Source of the DNA: Camelus dromedarius
Taxonomy: Eukaryota
Length of the DNA: 64,000 nucleotides
Assembly: GCF_036321535.1 (NCBI RefSeq)
Contig: NC_087437.1
Coordinates: 24,306,001 to 24,370,000 of the forward strand
Direction of reading: 5' to 3'
Shown here: piece after piece, positions 53,311-64,000 of the stretch
Layout: every line of letters starts with the position of its first letter
Numbering within the stretch: the stretch's first letter is position 1
The notes under the pieces: model-generated
Databases searched by the model: none
What the model saw: the letters and a program-made list of their open reading frames with translations, nothing else
Told to the model about the DNA's origin: nothing
Program-made: the position numbers and the translations under genes

Positions 53311-53416
53311 TACCATATACAGAATAGTCAGGAGTTCCTGCCTTAAAAAAAAAAAATCCTTGTTGAGGAATATGAAAAAGTTAGAAAGTTAAAACTAGTC
53401 TACAATCTCATAAGGG

Positions 53417-53900
53417 TGTAATAAAAGGTTTAAAATTAATATTATATGCTGCCTTGACATCTGAAACCAGGAAATTCTCAAAAGGCCTAACCTCAAATTC
53501 TTCTCCCTACTCTGCTTTTGTGTATAATGTCTTCTAGCCAGACAATCTTTCTTATCAAATTGACCAAATACAGTTCCTGCTTATCCCCCTGCTGGCCCTT
53601 GGAACTCCTCAAATAGCCAATCACAGCTTCCCACAGGAGCCAGAGGGCACATCACCTTAGTTCTACTACAGAGCCTGCTTCCCACTGCCCCAGCTCGTTC
53701 TGTCCACTCTGTTCCTGAGTGCAGCCCCTGTGTAGCCATGCATGGTGTGGGGTGTCCTCTTCCTCCAGGCTAAGAGTTTATGTGACTAATAAATTGCTGT
53801 CAGTTTCACCTGTCTGGTGTCGGCTGTGCTGGGCTCAGCCATCCCGATAACGCTAGGAGTCCCTCACCACCAACAGAGTGACTGGGAAGCAATCAAAGCA
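53417..53900 (+). mobile_element. ERVL-class solo LTR (MER54/MER74-like), complete, with 5-bp TSD
   Basis: Starts TG (53417) and ends CA (53900), flanked by aaggg at 53412-53416 and 53901-53905. Internal ccaat box (agccaatcac) and aataaa (~53788). Confidence 0.85.
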
Positions 53901-53944
53901 AAGGGTTCTCCATTTCCAGACCCACGTCGCACAAAGAAAGTCAG

Positions 53945-54130
53945 GTCCATTTCCACACAAAGACGACTAACCTTGGACGCAGAAATTGCAAGACAAATCT
54001 TTACACTTCCCTTGAGCCTCGTTCAGTTTCCTGAATCAGCAAGATGAGGAGAACCTTAATACTTGCTTTGAAATGTATTTCAAGTAAAATAATGTTTGAA
54101 AAGTTCCCAGATACACTGTAGCTACACAAA
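53945..54130 (+). mobile_element. MIR SINE, degraded
   Basis: cttcccttgagcctcgttcagtttcctgaatcagcaagatgaggagaacc. Confidence 0.45.
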
Positions 54131-55394
54131 ACGTGTTTGCCTTTCTTACACAATGCCTTTACTGGTTCATGACACTCTGGATAAAGAGGTGTTTTACTAC
54201 ATCCCTGGTACCTCAAATGGCTTCCCATGGTTATGCCTTTGAAGGTACCTTTTCCCCGTTTATCCCAAATTCCTTCCTCGTATATGAAACCGTCCTAGCT
54301 TTTGCCAGGATGAAGTAATCTTTTAGTTGTGTTAATACTCATTTTACTAGTGCACACATTTGATACTTGATTCACGAGCATCTATTGCTCTCTTTTTTTC
54401 TGGGAGTTTGTGTCATCTCCCCAACCAAGAGTCAACTCCTCAACTGCTTTAACACACTGCTTTGCATCTCCAAAGTCTTTTACGTGAGTAAGTATGAAAT
54501 GTCAGTAAACTCACTAAACATTTATCCTACCTCACTCCCCCTTTTTGCTTATTCTGGAATAAAAGCACTGCTGAAAAACGGTTTTGAGTTTGCATCAACA
54601 CTAAGGTAAATGTTATAATAATCACATGTCTTATAGTGAAAATACATTTAAACATATTCTAAAGTTTTAACATGAGGATTAAGTATACTGCAGGTTGGCT
54701 TTGCTTACTGGACTCTGGACTTCTAAGGTATTTGTATTTAAAATAGGAAATTCAGTTTATAAAAATAGCTAGCAAAACATATTCAGAGCCATCATTTACT
54801 TTCTCTAGGCAGGTTCTCAACCATCAAAGCTTTGTTTTTTAACAGCATCGAAAAGCACAGAGCTTCCTGGCTCAGTGAGCAAAGTGATCAACTCTTGAGA
54901 CTTGTCATTGACTGGATGAATTAAACAGACTTTCTAAAATGCCCCCAAAGCTATCAATCAACTAAATAAAGAAATCCTATCAGTGATGGGTACACTGTCA
55001 TCTACTCAGTGCTCTTCATAAAACCTTTTATTTACAATTTATTCCATGGTGTAAAATTTCTAACCTCTGATTAAAATTGTATTCCTGTTTATAAATCCAC
55101 CCATATGAACCCATTTTAGATACTAAATCTATCTAAGCAGCTAAAAAATGGAACCACTAAAGTATCAAAAAGGCAACTGGCTGGCCTGTAGTTGAATGTG
55201 AGAATGTAATAATAATATTTGAATATTTGAATCAATGCTTTCAAAGAGGGCAAACACTCTTACGTTTCCTGAGGACTTGCTGGTCCCTCCTGTCTTACAC
55301 CTGGCTTGATTCCTGCTTGGCCTCAACCTGTCTCACCCACAAGGTTCTGAGTCTGTAGAAACAACTTTAGGAGGCAAACTGGTCCTAGAAAAAT

Positions 55395-55500
55395 AGCACT
55401 GAAAGGGAAAATCAGATATCCGGGTTGCTGATCACATCTCTAACTACCTGTGTGACCTTGGAGAAGTCACTTCATTTTTCTGGATCTCATTTTTGTAAGA
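55395..55500 (+). mobile_element. MIR SINE core
   Basis: ctctaactacctgtgtgaccttggagaagtcacttcatttttctggatctcatttt. Confidence 0.7.
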
Positions 55501-57594
55501 GGTCCAGCTAACTGCTGACATCACATCCAATATAAGAACCCACTACCTTCTTATACTTTGTTTGTGATAACTAGAAATTGTTTAAAACAAAACCAAAAAG
55601 ATGAAAGAAATTAGGCTTTTCCACACTAATTAATCATCATTTACATTACTTTTTCATGTGTCTTTGAGAATGTCTACGCACCACAAAGTAGTTGTTGGCA
55701 TATCTCCCAATAATTCTTTTTTGATTATATTTTAACCATCTCACATCCATCACCAAAATTTTTGAAGTCACTTTGATATTTAAAAATTCCTTTTATCATT
55801 CCTTTACCAGTATTTCCTTTTAAAATAATGAAACTACAAGGGTTGTTTTTTTTTTTTAAGAGAGGGATAAATCATGTGTCATGTGTTAACATTCTGGGAG
55901 AGCTCACTGAAATTGTAATGTTACTTTGACACCAGCAGTATACATTTTATGGAATGATTTGTTTTAACACAGAAAGCCTTTAAGTGAGAAGAAACATATT
56001 AGACTTGCTGTAAACTTTTAAAAACTTTCTCAAAGTTTTCTGTAACTTGCTTCAACATTTTTGAGACCTTAGAGAGCAGGTCACAGAGTCGTTGAGGTGG
56101 CATCCGTAGTGTCACAGTCTGTGCGGGGCTGGCTTTCCTGCTGATGCTGAGTGAATGCCAAGTCACCGTCAGGAAGTGCATTGTTGGAAGGTGGCAGATG
56201 AATCACTGGAAGGGACAGGTTCAAGACACCTCCTCAAAAGACCCTTGATACACTTTGCTACATCCTTTCTTAGGCACATTTTATTATTCAAAACAAATTT
56301 CTACAGTAATTGCAAGGATAATTCCAGTCACTCTACTTGATGTAATAAAAATGTTTAAAATTTTAGGATTAAAATTCATTCTATATGCCTGAAGACTTGG
56401 CCAAGGCACTAAAAAGAATGTCAAGATATATTTACGTTAAAATGTACCATCATATGACAGCTTCACACACAATTTTATTTCAAATTCAGAACAGAAGACT
56501 CAACATAAAACATACTGAAGATATGTAAGACTGTAAAATAGCAGTCAGCCCAGAGTTAATTGCCAAAGTGGTCTTAACTGTGTTAAAACAATCCTTATGT
56601 TAGAAAATGGAAATAAATCCTTTGTCTCTATAGCAGACAATTATTCACAGCTGTTATGCAGAACACTTATGATGGAAAAGCATCTAGATAATTGTAATAA
56701 CAAATGTAAAGGTTCTGCCACTTCCCTTATTTCTTTCTCCTTATTTTGTAAATAATACAGCCAAGTCATGTTAGTTAAAGTATTAAATAAAATAGGTTGA
56801 AATGTAAAGATTTAGGAAAGTCCACCAGTGCAGGGGAAAAAAGGGAATTCCAATAGTGTTTTCCTTAATGACAATTCTATTCTTTATCAACTGATAGGAA
56901 TCTCTTTCTCCTGGATTAAACAAAAGCCACTAATTGTGTATAATTTTATTTCACAATCATTTCATTTTTCTACTTGTTTAACACCTGCTGGTCACAGTGA
57001 AAGAACTTCTAATGAATTTATTTGATCATCCAGTACTAAGTAAAGCATACAACAGGTGCCAACCCAATATTTATTTAGGAAACAGACCCTAAGGTGATGA
57101 CTTTCTAAAGGAAATGCTTCTTATTGGATTACAAAGAAACCTCTTGGGACTAACATGTTGAAGAAACTGAAGAGTGAAAAGACCAAAGAAGGAGATGCTG
57201 TCTGGGAAGGTGGCAAAATTTGCCATCAGCTACAGTAACTCTAAAAGAATAAAATTATAGCAACTTGAAAAACAAACTTAGGACCTATTTAATGCAGTTC
57301 TTTCCTAGAACATTCATAAATGGCAACGTACCTAAGAAGAGATCATTGGGCCTAAGCTGCTCTCAAAGCAAAGCATATCAAAGGCATTATAGGTAATTCT
57401 AATTCCATCAGATCTTGTGTCTTTGACAAAGAGGATTCTCAGTTTGGAGTATGAATGAAAAGTATAAAGGAAATTATGTATAAAAAAATCTGTAGTCCTA
57501 CATTTGAATAGAAAATATCAATATGAATTCATATGCATTACCATAGAATATGTTGTGAGAGAGAGAAAGAGTGTGTGTCTGTGTGTGAGTGAGC

Positions 57595-58715
57595 GTAAAG
57601 CACCCCAGCTTTCTCCACTGAATAAGCCTAGAAAGACTGACTAAGTTTCCCTCATGCCCAGATAATGACCTCGCAATATTGTTTACCTCTACGAGAAACT
57701 AGCACTTCTTAGAGAAATTAGTCATTCCAGGTCCAGGAAAGATGAACCTGGAACATTGTTATATTGGATAAAGAAGAAACTGTCCAAGACTATTAGGATC
57801 ACGTCAAAGGACAGGCGCCAACTTTGAGAGGCTCCCACTGGCCAGTGATACAGCTATTTGAGCTTTGAGAAGAATTTCAATTAAAATAAAGATACTTTCA
57901 TCTATGAGTTTATAATAACATTTTAAAAAGTACTAACAGGTCGTCTTCTGAGGGTAACAGGGAGTTAACTCGTCTCGAAAACTGGCAACTAAAGGAAAAG
58001 AATCAATTATTTATTCCGACTTTCCTGTATGAACCGTTCTCCTAGGTCACCAGAAAGATAAGGAGAAGTGTCTATTTCATACACCTGACATCTAAAAAAG
58101 GGATGGTAGAACTAGAATATCACTGTTTGCAACTCCCAATAAATGAATAGATCTAGGCACTGAGCATCAATGGCAGCTAACATCAGAAAAAGAGGGAGAA
58201 GAGCATTAAATGCCTCTTGATAAGAGAAAGCATAACCTGAGTTAGCAAACCTGAGTCTCATCAAGCCTGTGAATCCAGCTGCCAAGTTTCAGGGAATATG
58301 TTTTTGCAGAAGAACTCGAAGAACTGCAGTCAATGTCCCCCCGAGGTTCTTCAACAAATAAATTGTAAAGAAAAGAAAAAGATGCAGGAAGAATATGTAG
58401 ATTAAGTGAAACTTCATTAAAAACTTAATTTTCAGATTGTGCAAGGTTAAACTATAATGTCAAGGATGAACACTTCAGTGGTAAACTATAAGGACATGAT
58501 GACTATAAAAGTCAAAATAGTAGTTGGCTTTGGGAAAGGGAAGGGGTTATGACTGGGAGCTGGCAACTGAGGAGCTTCCGAGGTGAGCGCTGAAATTCTG
58601 TTTCTTAACTTGGGGAGTTGTTAAAACGATGTAGGCCTTAAAAGAATCCATTAAGCCATACATTGGTGTGACTTTTCTGTATCTGTTCTTTGTAACAAAG
58701 AGGTTTTTTTAAAAA
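57595..58715 (+). mobile_element. L1MC-type 3' UTR region
   Basis: cttcttagagaaattagtcattccaggtc, cacgtcaaaggacaggcgccaactttgagaggctcccactggcc, gactataaaagtcaaaatagtagttggctttggg, ttcttaacttgggg. Confidence 0.7.
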
Positions 58716-60159
58716 AGTTTTTGTGGGGTAACTCAATAACAAGTTTATAATTTTACAACATGATACTAAAAAAAAAAGAATATGACTTCCCTTAGAAGAA
58801 GAAAACAATTCACCATGATGTAATAAATATCAAATTCTTATTTGCCTTTGAAAGTCATATAGAGATTATTCATAAAATAAAGTGGTAACCACAAAATCCA
58901 ATGTCACCATAAAGACTGGTTAGTCAAAATCATTAACAAGAATATTGTGTTCATTGCCTGCTAGGGAACTCTTCGGGGATTATATGAGACTGCTAATGCT
59001 TTTTATTGCTTACTGAACTAAATAATCAGCCTGCAAATAGAATATGGGCCATTAAAAAATGTTAACAGTTTTATATGGATTAAGAAGGAGGGAAAGCACT
59101 GTAAGAGTTGAAAAACAAAGTACATAGGTTAATACAAAAGAAGCTTCTTTTGCTTAAGGTAAGCCCATTTGTTTTTAAATCACATGCTAGAACATCTCTA
59201 AGAGACGAAGAAAAGTTTCTAAACTAACCAATGAGAATCAGAGTGATAGGCACTACCTACTGTTCTCTGTTGGCACAAATACTGGCGAACAATTTTGGGG
59301 GTGATACTTGTTTAATTTGGAACAGTTAAATCCATAGTTTTGAACTGTTTAAAACTGAAGCATAATAAAACTTGAAGATAAATATCACATTGTTCAAATC
59401 TACAAATGTCAACACCTGCAACAAAATGACATACTGCACTTCTAGTCTGTTTAAATAAATACTAGTTTTCTAAACTTGACTTCATAAGGAGTTTAATTAT
59501 TCTAAGCTTTCTATTGATATGAACTAAACAAGCCAAGTGTTTCATTTTAAAAGCACAGTCGTGGCAGCACTTGGCAAGGACATACGGAGAAAACAGAGCT
59601 TAGCACCACAGATAAACAGGCAACTTGAAGCCCTTCAGGCTCTTCTAGCTAGAAGACCCAACAGGGAAAAATTAAAACATAAAAGAAGCTTGCTTTAAAC
59701 AAATTACAATCACATAAGATTTATACTGCTTAAGTATTATTTTCTTTGCATCCCAATGTTAATCATGACATATAATAAAATACATGAAATTTATGATATA
59801 AAAATTATATATATGTATACATACACTGGGGATACATGCTGCTTTGAGAATATGGCAGCTTGATTCTGTAATCTTTTCTGGGGCCGATGACATAAAGCAT
59901 TCTAGGCCCTTAATAATTTAAGTTTAAAAGAAATCATTAGTTATTTTGTAAATCAGCCAACCTACCATTTCAGATCTTTTTGACATCACACTTGTTACAA
60001 AAAAGGCTGTGGTTATCAGTTTTCTCTCCATCTCTACATACATCCAGATACCCTCACTTTATCTTTTCATCTAATATTCTTCAGTGATTTTCTTGGCACA
60101 TCCCTGCTCAAGAACTTAAATTCTTCCATTTGGATTTCAAAACTTCTCAACCATTCTTT

Positions 60160-61680
60160 TATACATGCATTCAAAAAACATTCCAGTGTTCCAGAGACTG
60201 ATGTTCAGGCAAGGACAAAGAGATATAAAGATTAATTAGACTTAGACCTTATTTAAATGGCAACAAAAATAGCAGTGGCAACACCATGTAGTGAGGGCTC
60301 TAATGGCACAGAGAGAGATACTACAGGATTGTGAACTATAAGCGCCTAGTCTATATTAGGAGAGGTGGGGACTGGGACAGGGGTTGGCAAAGGTGAAGGC
60401 AAAGCAAAGGAGGCCTCCTAAAAAAGTGGTAGGAATTAGATCAAGGAGGCCTTGTGTATTACACTGAGAAACCATCATTTTATTCTGAATGTTTGGGGAG
60501 ATCATTGGAAGGTTTTGAGCAAAGGAATGATATGATCCAATGTTCCATTTGGAAAACTCACTAGGCTGCAATGTGGCCAGTGGACTGAAGAAGATCAAGA
60601 CAGGAGAATGGAAGACCAGTTAGGAGATGAGTGCTATAGTTTAAAGAAGAAATTACAGAGGCCTGAACAAAGAAAACAGCCATGGAATTAAGGGGGAAAA
60701 AAAAAAGAAAAAAGTCAAAAGATAATTAAGAATAGAATTATTAGGATGTGGTTGCAGATTAACCATGGAGGTATGAGAGAATACAGATTTTGAACAATGT
60801 GTGGTTGGAAGGGTTCACTGAGGTAGTGAATAGAGGAGGAAACGTGTACTATTATTATTAGCATGAGCTCAGTTTTGAACACAATGAATTTGAAGTGCCC
60901 AGGGAATAGCCCAAGGGTAGTGTCCAGTAGAAGACTGAACCTCTCCTCCTCTCTCTCCCCCTTTCTCGCTATGGACTACAGATATATGTTAGAAAGCCAT
61001 TCACATATAGTACCTGAAACCATGAGACTCAAATAAACTATTATTAAAGTGGGAAAAGTAGATTCCAAAATGTATACAAACAGTAGTCAGAAAAACCAAG
61101 GAAAAACCAAAAGACCATGGTATCATTTAAGCTTGTAGAAATGAATTTACAATAGTAAGGAGTGACTAACCAAGAAAAATGCTGTGAAGTATAAAAACTG
61201 GAAAAAAAAAATAAAGGTGACTTGATTATCAGTGATTTTGGCAAGAGACACTTCTAATTGCCCGGTTGTAAGAGGAAGCCAGGTGGCAAGGAATTTGAAA
61301 TTTTATACAAAATTAGAATGTGAAATAGCAAATGTCAACATTCTCAATGAAAGAAACAGCAGAGTCACTGAAGGGACACCAGTAACTGTGTCTAAGGAAG
61401 ATATTTTTAAGCAGGAGCTCTATCTGCGTAAGTAGACCCAATGAAGAGACAGAGAGGGAGAGAGATTAAAAATATAGGAGAAAGGCAGCAAATGACTCAC
61501 TAAGGTTCCTGGTGAGTGAAGAGGAAATGGAATTCATAGCCAACACGGAGGAAGCAGCCTCAGGAAGGACGAGTGTTCTCTCTTTCACTAAAACTGGAGG
61601 AAGGGAAGCAAAAATGAATGTGTCTATCAATATAGTAGTGATGGGTTCCTCCTCCCAATCCGTTCTCACTAGGGAACAGA
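60160..61680 (-). mobile_element. L2 fragments, old
   Basis: cattggaaggttttgagcaaaggaatgatatgatc, ggaagaccagttaggag, gagctcagttttgaacacaatgaatttgaagtgcc. Confidence 0.65.
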
Positions 61681-62639
61681 AAGAAATTCAAAGACATTTA
61701 ACAAATATTCAGATATGAATTTGGAAAAGGCAAAAAGCCATATTTGTTGGCATCTGTGTGCTTTGAAGTGAGAAGATTAATCATCGGAGGTATTTGTAGA
61801 CTTGCCAATAAATTAAATGAAACTATTCCTGTCAATGGATAAAAATCATGTGAAAAAGATTGGCGTTATTTAGTTATGGTCACTCTATTAAATAAACTAT
61901 GTTTTAAAATATTAATTTTAATAGGATAATCTCTGTAAAGAACCAGGCTGTTGCTAAGTCAGCGTATGGAGGTAGCAAAGGACACAAGGCATGAATGATA
62001 TTCTTCCGAGGAGGGCTGCTAGAGGCGAGAGAAGTCAGGAGATGGCTCTGACACCTCGTCAGAGTGATGCAGGGAGCCACTCTAAGCTCTGAAATAAGAG
62101 AGAAACATGCAAACATTCTTGTGCAGGAATGCACAGCAACCTTACAGTCTATCTCAACATCTAACTTTCTTCACATACTGGGTGAATTCTGGTGTTTGGA
62201 CAGTGAGGCTGCAAGATTTTTAATGAATTGTTATCTGGCGTAATCTCGTGGTTACAGCTTTAGGAATGTATTTTTCATGCCAGGGGCAGAGAAGCGCTCT
62301 GATTATTTCTAGCAGGACCTGTGTTTGGGTTTTGACATTATCTTATCTTAGTGCACTCTCATGCTTCAGAGCAAGGCCATCGGGAGCTTTTTACCAACCG
62401 AAGACAAGAAGTTAGCAGGTAAACAGGGAACGGCTATGTTTAAGTTTCCTCCTTGAACCGTATCCTGCGTGACTTAACTTCTTCCAACACAATAAAACTA
62501 AAACAATCAGAATGGTCTCATACTGGTTGACTTAAATAGGTTGTACTCAATTTTAAAATGGGAACAGTGCATCTTTCCTTGGAAAACCTTCTTTATTCTT
62601 ATTTCAATATTTACTTAAATAGGATAAAGACTTTCATTT

Positions 62640-64000
62640 CTTAAGATGGAATAAACACACTCCATCCCATCTTTTTCTCTGAATGCATCTATAAAACCTA
62701 AACAGAACACATGGAACATCTATTTTAAGTCCCTGAAAAGTAAATAGTACCAGGCGTGCTGGGGAAGAATACCAAATTAGAAGTACCTTCAAACTGGCAG
62801 TGAAGTTACCTTATTCTTCCCTAGTGGTATCTGCCAGTCTGAACTCAGCATGATTCAAAACACGAAGTGGACACTGACACAGACAGGAAAGAAGCGAATT
62901 CTGGTGCAAAGAGCAGAAAAAGATCCCCAGTTCTCAGAGAGGGTGAGGGAATTTTTCATATTTTTCTCTCTTTTCCCCATTCTTCAGAGAACTTAAGAAG
63001 TGGGGTGGCAATGACAGTGGTGTATATGGAGGTCTGCAGTAGCCTAAAACTCTGATGGGAGGGAATCTGCCTCTACTATCTGAGGAATGGGAATGGGGAG
63101 ACCTTTATTTTATTATTTTCTGTTATTGGAAGAAATGGGCACAGTCATGAAAAGAGCAGAGCAAATGAAGTACCAGCTTTCTAGTGGCAGGACCAAAAAG
63201 AGAACTCTCAGAGAACCAGAAGGTATTGGGAGACTGTGGAGAGGGTGGAGCTTGGGAAAGGGGATCCTGGGATCAGGAGAAATCCAAAAAGCTCTTTATG
63301 AGCATGGCTTACCCTTAAGCTGTACACATCAGGATCTGATGCTGTTCAGGACATCAGAGACTTTGAAAACTGAAAGTACAGACCATCACCCAAGTTCCAG
63401 ATTGGCCAATGGGTGACACACACTGAAGACAAATCCAAATAACACTGAAAAATCTTTAAGAACAAAACTTACATTGAAACTACCATCCACAGAGACTAGG
63501 TAGAACTTGTGCCTTAAATTGAACTAGGTCAATAACCTGTAAAACAAAAGTGCCAACATCTAATGAAGGATTTAAACAAGACCTAAAGTCTGGTAACAAT
63601 ATTCAAAATGTCCAAGATACGATCAAAATTTACTTGGCATATAAAGAACCAGAACATCTCTGCTTGCTTGAGAAAAGTCAATCAACAGACAGCAGCACAG
63701 GAATGAGAGTTTGAAATAATAAAAGACACTTCAAATCCCCTATAATTATCATACTCAAAGAAGTAAGGATGACCTCTTTAAGCAAATGGAAAGACAATAT
63801 CCTGGGAAAAAAATAAATAGAAGATATATGGAAGAAACAAAGGAAAATTTTAAAAATAAAAAATACAGTAACATATAAAACACCTACTTGATGGGTTCAA
63901 TAGCAGATGGATATGAGAGAGGAAAGAATCATTGAACTTTGAAAATAGATCAGTAAAAAAGTATTAAATCTGAAAAAAAAAAAACATGAAAAGATTAGAA
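62640..64000 (+). mobile_element. Ancient L1M-type 5' UTR and start of ORF1, running off the window
   Basis: aagatggaataaac...ctctgaatgcatctataaaacct, aaaatgtccaagatacgatcaaaatttacttggcatataaagaaccag, gatgggttcaatagcagatggatatg...gaaagaatcattgaactt. Confidence 0.7.

Overview
Mammalian, AT-rich, repeat-dense intergenic or deep-intronic DNA. It is probably from a camelid, inferred from a short tRNA-derived SINE and the 3' UTR style of the young L1s, both recognised from memory and not by a search. No intact protein-coding gene or confidently recognisable host exon is present; the longer ORFs in the track are broken L1 ORF2 pieces or their antisense shadows. Much of the window is L1 (old L1M-type and younger lineage-specific copies), L2, MIR, MaLR/ERVL LTRs and hAT DNA transposon relics. 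Three things stand out. (1) At 38911-39483 an HMGN5 C-terminus plus 3' UTR is fused directly to an intronless internal FRG1 coding fragment, with no poly(A) tail. (2) Two same-strand L1 copies 10,120 bp apart share a frameshift and several non-consensus substitutions, pointing to local gene conversion or templated copying. (3) One L1 carries a 24-bp micro-inversion between perfect 9-bp inverted repeats. Repeat family names are from recall of consensus sequences, and boundaries are approximate unless TSDs are quoted.
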